A DNA stretch of 64,000 bases from Glaucostegus cemiculus (Eukaryota), in the NCBI GenBank assembly GCA_976551045.1, contig CDPCPM010000013.1, positions 10,416,001-10,480,000 of the forward strand, written 5' to 3'. Position 1 is the first letter of the stretch. Each line of letters begins with the position of its first letter. Positions 13,296 through 25,439 of this stretch are shown here, in pieces. The notes under the pieces are model-generated. The model saw only the letters and a program-made list of their open reading frames with translations. It did not search any database and was not told the origin of the DNA. Made by a program: the position numbers and the translations under genes.

Positions 13296-13643
13296 TTAAT
13301 AACTATAAAATAATTTATCAGTTAAACTGTGAATCAGGTTTATGCTTTAGTGTTGTGGGATTAAAAGCACCACAGTATATTTGCTTTGTGATTATAAAGA
13401 GGGCAAGATAGATGTAAAGAAACAGTAAAGGTGAAACCAGCCACTGCAGGAGTCCAGTGAACAGAAAGATGCCCACACTGAATAGCTTGCTAACAGTTAA
13501 AAGCAGTCTTCAAAAGTGGAAGTTGTTCAATAACATATACCTTCAGAGTTTTAACAGAAATTTAATTCTAATAGCTATGGTGAAAAAGATCAGTTTTGTT
13601 CTTAATGTTAACTCCGTCTCCTGCTGGGAGGAAAGAACCAGAC

Positions 13644-14840
13644 GGGGTTAAAATCTCAGTATTGACCAACGCCGCACACCCTCCGCATTTCCGTTCTCTG
13701 CTGTATCAAAAGTGGAGAATATCAGGTTCACTGGGACTCCGATTGCAGGCAGGCTGGAGGTTCACGGTTACATATGAATCATGATGCAACTGGGAACCCA
13801 GCAACTGCAGCAAAGGTTTTGACAGGTCACCAAGGTCATCTGATGTTGACTCACTAGCGTGCTGAAGAGAAAAGGACTGCAATGTAAATCAAGTTGCAAC
13901 ATTCACAGGGGATTGTTCGCTTCACTGTGGGCTGTGATTCTATTTGTTATTCACCATTTGTTTTGGCTTGCATTCGAGAGAGTCTTTAAAGATGGCAAAG
14001 CTGATTATAGGAGCTGCTCCATCCAAGCCCCATCGGAATTAGGAGAGAGAGAGAGAGAGGCTGCAACAGCAAAGACAGCTGCAAGAAGGACCTACAGGAG
14101 AGCCGATAAAGGAAGTGACACTGTCAAGAAAACCCCACTCACCCCTCCGGTTGATGGGAGGGGCTCGGCTTCAGTAAAAACAGCAGTGTTTCAGGAGGTT
14201 GCTGTGCTGAGGTTGTGTGAACCATTGTGGCCACTTGAGGAAGTGTTGCACTGAACAGTTACAGCATGACAATGGTAGAGAAAATCACCATCATCCTCAC
14301 CCTCTTCAGTTCAGGATTCTTCCAGCCTGCCACCTTAGCATGTCCAGGGTGGGCTGGGGTGCTGGTGGAGGAGTAATTCCATCTATGTATCAGGCAGGTG
14401 ACCACTGTGTTAGTTAACTTTGCTTGTCAATATATCTCCTTTCCAACTGATGACAGGTAATCAGATGGAAAGAGCATTGCGGTTTGTGGTTCTGAATTAC
14501 TTTCCAAAAGCATAAAGAATACTCACATGTTACCATCAGGGAACCCTCAACCAGCAACAAGCCTTTATTATTTGCAAGGGCTGTCCAAGCCATAAACATA
14601 AATAAGTGCCGTCACAAGATTCATACAAGTATGTACCAAATAGTCAGGGAACTGCCATGACTCCTTCATAACACAGCAGTCCAACAACACTGTTCACAAC
14701 CTCCACCCCATCCATGCTTCAGATGGCACTAGGCTTAAAGGATAGCTGCTTGGAGACAAGGAAGAAGCACTTCTACCAAGGCTGATGACCCTATTTGGAA
14801 CACCACTGCTACAACTGAGCAGGTAAAATCGTATACAAAA
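13644..14840 (+). mobile_element. Decayed PIF/Harbinger element with HARBI1-like DDE transposase pseudo-ORF
   Basis: Translated pieces: VEKITIILTLFSSGFFQPAT (~14275), RFIQVCTK*SGNCHDSFI (to 14670) and G*LLGDK...PRLMTL (~14740-14790), matching DDE_Tnp_4 motifs. TIR-like GGGGTTAAAAT at 13644. Confidence 0.8.
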
Positions 14841-14904
14841 AGGAAAATGATCAGATTCCTCAGGTTGAGGTCTTGACAAGGCCTCAGGTTGAGGCCTTGA
14901 CAGG

Positions 14905-15720
14905 TCTGAAAGCTCCTTGCAGTACTATCCTGAATAAAAGTGCCAGCTTGATATGGATTGGAAGCACAGGAGGAAATAAAAGTAGAACATTTACCCCCTT
15001 TATGTGGAAATAGATAGGGAGGAGTTGGTTGGTAGACATGATGACCTGTGATCCAAAGGACAGATTTTGGACAGAAGGAATGAAGGTCCAGTAACTTGCT
15101 GATAACCATGATATGCATATATTCTTCTGCACTGTTGAGTCCATCTGTAGCCTCTCAAAGGCTAAGAACTGAGGTAAATATATCCAGGATAGAGAAGCAG
15201 TCTGCAAAGTCCTCTAAATCCACTTGTGGGATTTGTGATTTAACATTAGCACCCTCTCGTAGGCCAATGTCAACAGCACTGAGGGCCCAATTACACTCAG
15301 TCAGTGCTGTTAGGCAGGGTACCTTATCTGTATGGTCGATACCAGTCTCCCAAAAGAGACAATTTATACCAAGCTCTGTCACAGAAACATTACCAGGTGA
15401 ACAGTGTTCAAGGATATTCTCAAAACATTCTTGAAAAGGTACATCCACCCCACTGACTCATGGTAATTCCCTGGTACTCAAAATGGAATATAAGCATTTG
15501 AGATGATATTGAAAATCTTGAATCCTTTCACTGAGAGCACAAAGAAACCCAGTATTAGCAGAGGAAGGAGCATGTGAGCACCCAAACTACCCACCCACCA
15601 ATTCCATTAAGTATCTCCTGCACCACCTTTAGAAGGGTCTCACATTGGCCTCGTCAGCCACCTTGGAACCTACAGAAAGTGAATGGAAGCATGTTACTCT
15701 CGATCCTGAGGAGCTATCTA
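14905..15720 (+). mobile_element. RTE-clade LINE 3' fragment, decayed
   Basis: A plus frame reads CKVL*IHLWD...AGYLICMVDTSLPKETIYTKL...FKDILKTFLKR...TDSW, matching the RTE C-terminal pattern (WAGHIVRMPDTRLPKQ..Y.EL...RFKDTLKASLK). Confidence 0.8.
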
Positions 15721-16689
15721 AGAAGAAGAAGGTGAACGTAATGCATAGTGTACCAAGAGCTTGGTGGCCATGGGGCTCTTAGCAGGACCACATTGTCTAC
15801 AAAGGACAATCATGTCTCCTTTCAAACCAATGATGGCACCTCAAAATAAATCTGTTTACAGACATCCTGAAGATAAAAATATCTTTCCATTTTCTGTGAG
15901 TTTTCTAATTCTTTTGCATTCTTATTCACTTTTTTTCATTTTGGTATCCATTTTGTCTTTAAGGTTCATGCAACGAATTGTGGTTCACATTAGGAGTGAA
16001 TCCATTATGTATATATTAACTTCAGAACAGAACTGTATGCATTTTTCTTCTGAAACAAAATCAGAGACTATAAATATACGTGGATTGAGATAATCAAATA
16101 GTCTGTGGTACATGAACAAAATACTAATGCTAGAAATCTAAAATAAAAGCATAAGATGACGAAACTACGCAACAGATCAGGTAGCATATAATCACTTCTT
16201 TCATGTTTGGAGAAAGAAGGCTTACGAGTTATTTCCTGTAAAGGACAGCATATCAGGGCTGCACAATGGAAAGAAAGGAAATGTCTCATATTCAGCAGTT
16301 TTGCAAATCAGAATATCTACACAGAGGGTTCTCCCAGGAGGTTCAATGGGGCAAAAATATATGGTCTTGTAATTTCCCCTAATATAAAAGCTGAACTTAA
16401 ATAATTGAAGGAAAATTGAATTTTCCTAAAATACAAAAGTTTCACAACAATTATTTTTGCACCAACCAACAAACACTCAACATGTATCATTACAGACCAA
16501 TACAGCATAGAGGAGAAAGTGGCAAAAGAATCAAAGTGGACTGGATAGGTATGTGAGAGAGAATAAGGTACAAATTTAGAGTGGAATAAGGAGAGGGGAA
16601 AATGGGACTGATAGGATTGCTCTTCTGGGGCTGGTAGGGATCTAATGGGCTGAATGGCCTCCTTCTGTGTCACTGTTACTAATGTCGAC

Positions 16690-17440
16690 CATTCAGCCTA
16701 TCAGATCTAATAAATCTTTACTCCATCCTAAGACTTCTACACCCTTCCTAAACAATGGTGACCTGAATTTGACACAATGCTCTGGCTGAGTGTTTTATCT
16801 AAAGGTCTGGTATATCTTCCTCGCTATTGTACTGTCTGCCACTATTTATTAAGCCAAGGATTCTATATGTCTTACATATATTTCTCCAGTTAACCTGCCA
16901 GCAACAATATTTATGTATATCCAGCGAATCCATGGTGAACACCTAGCCTCCCCAACAGCCACCAAAATCCAGAACATCTGTCTGTCCCTCTAGTGTCTTA
17001 TTCATGTTTCTACTCCTCATTCTTCTTACTAAAATTGATCACGTCAAATTTTCCCATGTAAAATTGCATCTGGTACGCATTATTTGCTCATTTGATCAGG
17101 ATATACTTACTGAAGTGTAGCATCTTCACTGTTTTTAACATTTCTAAATTTCATGAGATCTGCACACTTTGGTTTTGTTTCCTGTATACCCATGTTCAGG
17201 TCAACATATATGAAAAAAATGTAGTGTTATAGTGAAAAACCTGACAATCACCAGTGTACACTCCTCTCCAGTATGTAAGATAATTATTCACCCCCACCTC
17301 TGCCTTGCAACTTTTAGTTAATTCCTTATTCATGCTATTAGTGATTTAATCCCTTGGGTTTGCGTGCCATATCAAAGTCCACTTACACAACATAACTCAT
17401 CCTAAGTTCATCAGCATTGTGCGTTATTTCATCAAAATAT
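16690..17440 (-). mobile_element. Highly decayed CR1 fragment
   Basis: CR1-antisense motifs GGTGACCTGAATTTGACACAATGCTC, TCATGAGATCTGCACACTTT and TATCAAAGTCCACTTACACAAC. Confidence 0.5.
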
Positions 17441-19796
17441 GTCCGGTATCCTTTAAAGATACACGGATCTGGGTTTTCTTTATCCATCAGCTTTGCCATC
17501 CTAGAGAACTGTGTAATTGGAGAGGATTACTGAGATTTCAGGCACTGGGATCAGCACATCACACCTTGTTTATTGTTCATTAAAATGAATTTCCAAATTT
17601 TCAATGTGTGTTACCATTGTACAAAGTTCCATACCTGGAGCATGAATTTCTAAAATTTATCACATCAAATAAACATGCACGGACACTTTTAGTTAGTATT
17701 CAGATGTCAAATTAGAATATCTCCCTCATGTACGGCCAACTACAGACAACACTACTATTCGTACTCCATCGCAAAATCACCATTGCAAGCGTTTCACTTT
17801 TTATAATAATAAAGCGTAAGGTAGCTAATTTACCTTGCCTTTGGAAAGCCATTTCTCCCTGGAGCTGATGAAGCTTCCATTCATTGGAATTTGATCTGAC
17901 CTGTAAACTAAATGTTATCACAAAACAGAATCATATCGTTAAACTTCACTGCACAAGATCAACATCTAATTAACAGGGCTGCACGTAATATGAGCTGTTT
18001 CAATAATGGAGTTTCATATTGATTTACATTGTTTATTCTTTGCATTTTATCTTGATCAAAGTGGGGAACTTAAGCCTTAATTTTAGATGAGACAATTTAT
18101 ATGAAAGACTGCATGTATTTCACAGTGGCAGTATTGTGTAAGCAAAATCTATTAGAAATTCCCCGAGCAAGATTGCTTTTTCAAGGTAGGTGGTGGATCA
18201 GACCAAGCATAACTCATTTCAGGGAAAATTTGTGCACACATTGGGAGAACTGATAAATAATGTTCTGCTAAGGTGATGTGATTGAAAAATAACGTGGGAT
18301 TTATGTTGACTAATGTTCTATTGCTCAGTCAACAATTACAAAGTTTTCTTAAAAAAATATGCTTTTGGTTACTTATTATTTATGACAATAAGTCCCAAAG
18401 TGCTTTACATCCAATAACATACATTGGAAGCATATTCAGTGATGATTTTGTGTTTGCAAAAAAGACCATATCCCATGAGATGCAATAAAATCTCAAGGTT
18501 ATTTTATAATTAGTTGAGACAGTGTGGCAGACAAGTGACACTCATGGGAAAACTGCTTGGCGTAATGAAATAACTATTGCTCCTGTGTAGTTTTGTCATT
18601 ATATGCATAAAATATAATTAAATGCCTTATACTTTAAACATACTTCTGCATTTTAATGCTGAATATAAATTCATTTGTCAGTCTTTTTCTTTTAATTTTG
18701 CTACAAATCAGTGTATTCAAATCAAGCATTTTAACAATGGAGTATTAAAGAAATAATAGATTTGCAAAAATACTTAAGGGTTAATTTGTACCAGGCATTT
18801 ACTAGTTTTAGTGGATACAAGCACTGTGTTTTTAAATCACAGCCACAAGCTATTACAGGTAAAAGTCCATGGCTTGCTAACAATAAATGTTTAAAATCTA
18901 AGCAATTGAAAATACCTGTACAAAATTATCAGATGGAAAAGAGTACAATGATAATTTGTCACTGCTAACTTGATAGACATTGTTATATTATTATCACTAA
19001 AAATAGAGGAAGAGATAGTGGAGCCCTTTAGTACATAATCAGGACACAATCCCAATCTACTAATCAATGCTACTGATCTGAGAGAAATAATACATAGTTT
19101 TATCAAAGTAGATAATCATGAGATGATAGCAATAGATGCATGGTTTTACAGAAAATGGTCAAAACTAGTAAAGGTAACACCTAAGTTTGATAACATTTGT
19201 GATTTTAGCCACAGATTAAGGTCTATGAAATACTTCATTGTATCTAAATAGCTCTTCTCATAATAGTTATGACTGTGTATTTATTGTTATCATTTTGTTG
19301 GCCAAGTACTCTTTTAGGTTATTTCTTTTCGCATCCAATGAATTCTCTAAGCTGGAAAAATAGTATATCCTAATCAAAAGGACTGATTACCTTCATGGAA
19401 ATACCTCACTCTTAGTTAAATGACAGATTATTCTTGCACCATCTTAACATTAAAACATTTACATTACTACATCACTTTTTATGATAATAAATCCCAAAGG
19501 TTTTACAGCCACTAACATACATTGGAAGAATAGTTATGTTGAATGTAGGTAGTGGTCATTTTGTGCAAACTGAGCAACCACATAAAGACCAGATGAACCA
19601 TTTGGTGATGTTGGTTGACAGATAAATAGTGGGTGTGGAAATTCTTCTTTTCTTCAAAATAATGCAATTGGGTGAGTCTGCCTTTGGTAGAAGTTTGCTT
19701 GAAATACAGTTTGACTGAGACCGGTAAAAACTTTCTTTTCAGTTTTAATTACCTAGTTAGAATTCATGGCAAGATTTGAGTTCAGGGCATGGCAAA

Positions 19797-19896
19797 TGAG
19801 TCCTGAAGAAGGGTCCTGACCTGAAATGTTGACCGCCTGCTTTTCTCCAAGGATGCTGCCTGGCCTGCTGAGGTCCTCCAGCATCACTGTGTTTTT
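19797..19896 (+). mobile_element. 100-bp Penelope-type insert with 9-bp TSD
   Basis: CATGGCAAA is duplicated at 19788-19796 and 19897-19905. The body is CTGAAGAAGGGTCCTGACCTGAAATGTTGAC...GATGCTGCCTGGCCTGCTGAGGTCCTCCAGC. Confidence 0.75.
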
Positions 19897-20223
19897 CATG
19901 GCAAAAGAATGTGAGGATCAAAGGAAAGCAAATTTTAATCAAGTTACAACTTATTTTATGCCATGACAGTTTCAAAGTGTGAGAAGGCTGTATCACAATC
20001 AGTTTCCCTTTTATGCCTAAGCCCATTGCCAATTCATAAGACATACATCCTTGCATGAATATCTTCACAAATCAAAGACAAGGTTTAATTAAATGGTAGA
20101 GTTTTGTTTATTTATTGTGCAGAGATCATCAGCTGAGTGGATATAAAGTGGTCAGATGCTGCAGGAGAGAATTTAGTTTCTGTACCCCTTCCACCTTAAG
20201 ACAGTAGGGTAGAATAGCAAAGT

Positions 20224-20427
20224 GGAGACACAAGAGACTGCAGATGCTGGAATCTGGGGCAAGAAAACAAACTGCTGGAGGATCTCATTGGGTTAAGCAG
20301 CATTTGTGAAGGCAAAGGGATGAAGAATGCTGATGCAGGTCACAACCCAAAACGTTGATTAACCTTTGCCTCCACAGATGCTGCTTAACCCACCAAGTTC
20401 CTCCAGCAGTTTGTTTTCTTTCTACAG
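20224..20427. mobile_element. Penelope-type palindromic element with 9-bp TSD
   Basis: Inverted arms at ~20262-20318 and ~20363-20419. TAGCAAAGT is duplicated at 20215-20223 and 20428-20436. Confidence 0.75.
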
Positions 20428-20639
20428 TAGCAAAGTAGTAACTGAATGGACTTGAATCCAGCTGTTAATGGACTTGAACTAATCATCTGGAGTCATGAGT
20501 TTAAATCCCACCATGGCAAATTGGGAATTTAAATTCAGTTAATTAAATAAATCTGGAATAATAAGGCTGGTGTCAATAATGGCAGCCATAAAATTATTGT
20601 AAAAACCTAGATTGCTTCCCTAAAGTCTTTTAGGGAAGT

Positions 20640-21022
20640 ACATAGAAAGCTACAACACAGACACAGGCCCATTAAGTCTATGCCAACCATTAAATACCCA
20701 TTTTTACACCAATACTACCCTAACTCACTTTATTCTCCCCACATTCCCATCAACTGCTCCCCACCCCACTAGATTCTGCCACTCATCTACATACCAAGGG
20801 CAATTTACAGTGGTCAATTAACCTACCAACCTGTCAAGTTTCCTCTGGGTGCTCCAGTTTCCACCCCAGGATGTAGGAGGAAACCAGAGCACCCAGGAGA
20901 AACCCATGTGATTACAGGGAGAACATACAAACTCCACACAGGCAGCACGGGAGGTCAAGATTGAACTCTGGTCTCAGGAACTATGAGGCAGTGGCTCTAC
21001 TGACTGTGTTACTGTGCCGCCC
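20640..21022 (-). mobile_element. HE1-type V-SINE
   Basis: Same family as 945-1281; head GGGCGGCACAGT at the right end. Confidence 0.85.
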
Positions 21023-21197
21023 TTCCTTTATGCTACCTGTGACCTTGATATGGTCTGCTCTCTTTATGGCTCCAGGCCTGCAGCAATTAGCTCTTAATTG
21101 TTCCCACAAAATAGCCTAGTGAGCTGTTCAGTTCAGGGCTAATGAACACTGTTGTCCTGAAATCTCACGAACATGTTAAAAAAGGTTAAAAAAAAAG

Positions 21198-21605
21198 CAC
21201 TCTTATAGTACCTCTCACAATGTCAGGACATCCTGAAGTGTGTTATATCTACTTCTGAAATATTTCCACTATTCTAATGAAAGAAATATGACAACTAATT
21301 TGCACAAGGCAACATTGTAATGAAGAGTTAATTTGCAAAATTGATTATGGTTGATAGGAAAACATTGGCCAGAGTTCCAGCATGTACTTCCTATTCATCT
21401 TAGAATGGGGCCATTGAATCTCCTGATTCCAAGGTTGAAAGGTCTTGGATTAATATCTCATCAGAGACAAGGCACCTCCAATTGTGCAGCACATTCTAAG
21501 TCCTTACTGACATGTCAGCCTGCATTTCATGTTCACATCTCTAGAATGAGTCTTGCATCCACAACCTTTTGAGTCAGAGCAAGAAAACCGAGATTCAGTT
21601 GACAT
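21198..21605 (-). mobile_element. DeuSINE-like (SacSINE1/AmnSINE-related) ancient SINE
   Basis: Antisense motifs CTCACAATGTCAGGACATCCTGAAGTG, CATTGGCCAG, GGCACCTCCAATTGTGCAGCA and CACAACCTTTTGAGTCAGAG. Related fragments at ~18390, ~19480, ~44305 and ~59470. Confidence 0.65.
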
Positions 21606-21689
21606 TATGACAATTTGATGGCTTTACTCCAAAGATGAAATAGCAGCAGCTCCTCTTTATGACTAATCCACTGCTGACCTTTACATCCA

Positions 21690-22150
21690 GAGGACTGAAG
21701 TGCAATAGTGGAGAAGTTCTGCTACAGCCATACAAAGCCCCAACTAGACCACACTTGGACTACTGCAAGTTGTTCTGGCATCACACCTTAGGAAGGATAC
21801 ATTGGCAATCAACAGAGTGGTAGATTTACCAGAATAATGTCTGAACACCAAGGATTAAACTATAAGATTATACAAACTAGGACTATATTCCGTAGAATTT
21901 AGAAGATTACAGGGTGAATTGATTGTGTTTGTTGAGATATTAATGGAACAGAAGATAGTGAGAAACTATTTCCACTGGTTAAGGAGTCTAATTGATGGTA
22001 AGTCAACAGCTCATTTTAAATCTGAGAATGATTAATTTTGTTATCCTAGATATTAAGGGTTATGTAAAGGCAGATACATGAAATGGAGTTGCAGCCATAG
22101 TTTGATTAAATGACAGAAATGGCTCAAGGGGTTAAATGATCTACTTCTGT
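21690..22150 (+). mobile_element. Decayed CR1 3' fragment
   Basis: AGACCACACTTGGACTACTG (RPHLDYC), AGGAAGGATACATTGGCA and GAATTTAGAAGATTACAGGGTGAATTGATT. Confidence 0.7.
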
Positions 22151-22449
22151 CCGTACATACTCATGCCCCAGAGTCTGAAAGATGCAAAAAAGATTGAAAT
22201 TGTGTTCAGTGGTATCTGTTGTTTGGGCATTACGGATGCTCATTTGGCTAGTAATTTCTATCCAATGTGTATACACAAAATCTTTGCATGGCTTAGTATA
22301 ACTGCCATATTACATTGGGCAACACCAATGGTCATGCATGTTGGGACTATGCAACAGAGGCAGACAGTGATGTCAATCAATGTGAAGTAATGACAAAGCT
22401 ATAACTGCTGAATCAAACTTCAACAATGCAACTAACAGTATGTGTTCAA

Positions 22450-24330
22450 CATGCACAGAGAACTCTATGTTTTAGTGGGAGAGCCCCTATATCTGTAGTA
22501 TTTAAAAGGATCATCAATTCCTTGCTGTTTTGATGGTGATTGATTCGATTACAGAGAAGTCTTGTACTTGGAGACTGGCTTGAGTAGTCTTCAGTGAATG
22601 GTGTGACTGAAATTGGGATGGTACCTTCACCTCTGAACATTAGTCAAATCCTGTTGCTTCCAGTTATGGGGACTGTGATGGCTATTCCTCTAAGCTTTGA
22701 ACACAATACAGAAAGTGACAAGAAAACCCACAGAACTGGGCTCTCTGTTAGTAGGGGTGGAAACAAGGAAGGTCTCTCAGAAGAAGGCTGTATCCATCAA
22801 GTGTAGGAGGCACTTTGTTTTAATCCATGTCGGTTAAGTGCCAGAAAACTCCACTCTTGCAAGAAGATGCCCAAAGGTTGTGCCCCATTCTACAGTCAAA
22901 ACTCCAGCCGACTAGTGGGTTCAGAATCACACTGTCAAGGATCATTAATTTCTGTACCTCTGGAGATATCTGTGTTGGTGTTGAGGACATTAGCGATATT
23001 TCACCTTGCTGCATTAGGGAGAATGCAGAATGCTGCCCATGACCTAAAAGGCTTGATTTCAGACTGCACCTCACCTTGAGCTGCAACAGACCACAACAAG
23101 GCCACTGATAGATTGACAGGGGAGAGGACAGCTGGTTTATGCTCCAAGGTGCCACTGCCACAGCTGTGGAGTAGGAGGGGGAAAAACATGGAGGAGGAGA
23201 TACAAATGATGAAGCGATACTTGGTCAGTCTGATACATCAGCAGTCCTCACAACCTCAAGTGCTGTGACATACTGCAAATTTCTTTGAATGTAGGTACCA
23301 GGGCCATCATGACAGAACTTCTGTTACAGCCTCAGATGTCAGGTAGATTCTGCTTAATGTTGTAGAGGAAGATGAGACAGGAAAGGCTGTGTCATGATTG
23401 GGGCAGCAAGAGATTGTGCAGAGCTAGCCATCATTTCCACAATGGCGAGGTTGGGCTTCTGGCCCAATGTACCGTCTAGGGCTGGACTCCCCATGCTCCT
23501 TCAGATTTCGTACATGCTTTTAGGCAGGCCTGCTTACACTGAGCACAATGCAATGAGCATCACAAACTTAATAGTGCATTTCCACCTGTCATTTGCCCAG
23601 TCAATGAGATCATTGACTTCAATAGTCTTTGCATCACAGATAGCCACAGACTCTGTAATGTTGTTCCACCCTGTACTCAAGGACAGTGAGCTGTTGGAGC
23701 CATGTTTGGTAGGCACTGACTTGCTGCTGCTGGTGCCAAATGCATGCAGCCTTCTCCTAAATGAGAAAGCTTCAGAAGTCAGAGTCTTGCAATGTGTTTC
23801 TGTGATGATTCTGCCATGGTTGAACAGCTGACAGTGCATAGAAGCTGTGAGGAGTGGACATGAGGCTTGCAATAGCTGTAAATGTGTGAACATGTGGTGA
23901 GGCCTTTAAAACTTGGACCCCATCCATGATTGATCAAGATAATTGGTAAGTCACTGATTGGGGCTGTATTGTGTTGAGCAGTGATGCATTAAGTGAGAGA
24001 TGGGATTTGATTATGGCTTCACTGATCCTGACCAATTGTATGAGGTTATTAAACCTCTTGTGGCACTGCATTTGTGTCCATGGAGACTTGGCTCCCATCA
24101 TTCACCTCAGTTTCTGGCTTCTCCCTCTGCGACTTCATTATGTACCCTGGATGCTGCTTGAACCCCTGTGAATAGATGGCCTCTTTTCTCCTTTCCATCT
24201 TATCCTTCAAAACCTCCAAAACTGCATTACACGTTTGGAGCCTCACCCATGTTCTGCTACCTCTTTCAGAAGGCTCACCAACCATCACCATTTTCAGCCC
24301 CAAAGCTTCCTCCTTTTAGAATATATGGGC
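22450..24330 (-). mobile_element. Decayed Harbinger Myb/SANT-like accessory ORF
   Basis: ORF 24049..24303(-) contains NAVLEVLKDKMERRKEAIY, then frameshifts into PWTQMQCHKRFNNLIQLVR (QCHKRFNNL at 24042-24068). The downstream part resembles ORFs 449..673(-) and 60509..60718(+). Confidence 0.7.
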
Positions 24331-24989
24331 TGCCTTTAATCAGCATTAGTTAGCTTGAATAAATGCTTGCCACCCATGATATCGGGTCCCTGTGGGCGAT
24401 GTGTTAGGGCAATAAACAACAATGTTGACAATGGCTAGTCACTGACACAATAATGAGATTGGAGTACAAATTTTGTGTGCTGTCTGCATTGGGTTGAACA
24501 TGGGCAAGCTAATTACTCAACAGAGTATCAGCATGTTTTTTCCAGCACTGTCCTGTTTAGCTTCCAAAATATCTGGTGATTCTTTGTTGAAAGAAAAAGA
24601 TCTATTTCACCCTATGAATAATAATCTCCAAATCCATACAAACAGAAAACATGACATGCCTATTTGCAAAGACCCCATACTCCTGAGACTTCTGAGGTAA
24701 TAAATCTGAATTTTAAGAAGTACCAACTATCAATTTAAAGCCTGAATAATCTCTGACGTGCCTTTACTTGCATTACCAGCTAGCTGAATATGTAACCTTG
24801 AAAATTTTGATCACAATAACTGTATCATCAGCTACCCTACGCACTTAAATGTCACTCCTTCCAGCATATTTTCTCCTAAATATTCTCAGAACATCAACTA
24901 TTCCTAAAATTGAACATTTCAAGGGTGGCTTTCAAGAAATAGTAAATCACTCTCCACACATCCTTGAAACATGTAATAAAGCTGTGTGA

Positions 24990-25430
24990 GACATCAATGT
25001 AAGCAAGTAAAACACTCTTGGAAAGGTGATTCAGAGGTGGGAGGAGTATAATGTAGGAAAGTACAACATTTTCAACTTTGGTAGGAAGAAGAGAAATTCA
25101 TTTTTTATATAATATGAGAGATTAGTGTTGGTATTGAGAGGGATCTGGGGGGTTGTTCTGCATGACTCAGAAAACTAACATGCAAGCTATTAAAAAGTTA
25201 AAGTGTAATCTCACCTTTACTGCTAGGGGTTGCAATATAAGTGAAGAGAATTACATGATGAAAGATTCTGATCGAATGTCATCAACCTAAAATATTGCAT
25301 CTGTTTCTTTTTCCACAGATGCTTCTGAGCAGTTACAAGTTTTTAGCTTTTTTGGAATTAGCTTTTAGCTTTTTGGAATTATGGAGTCCTGGTGAGACTA
25401 CACTTGCAGTTATGTGTAGAGTTTGTCCAT
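24990..25430 (+). mobile_element. Decayed CR1 fragment with a small Penelope-type insert
   Basis: GGAGTATAATGTAGGAAAG..CAACTTTGGTAGGAAGAA and GAGAGGGATCTGGGG are typical CR1 ORF2 segments. Confidence 0.55.
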
Positions 25431-25439
25431 TGTAGTATT

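Larger units (their letters stand above)
20200..21190 (+). mobile_element. Old tRNA-derived SINE hosting two younger insertions
   Basis: GAGTTTAAATCCCACCATGGCA..GGAATTTAAATTCAGTTAATTAAATAAATCTGGAAT..TTTAGGGAAG, resuming after 21022 and ending in an A-rich tail. Confidence 0.65.
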
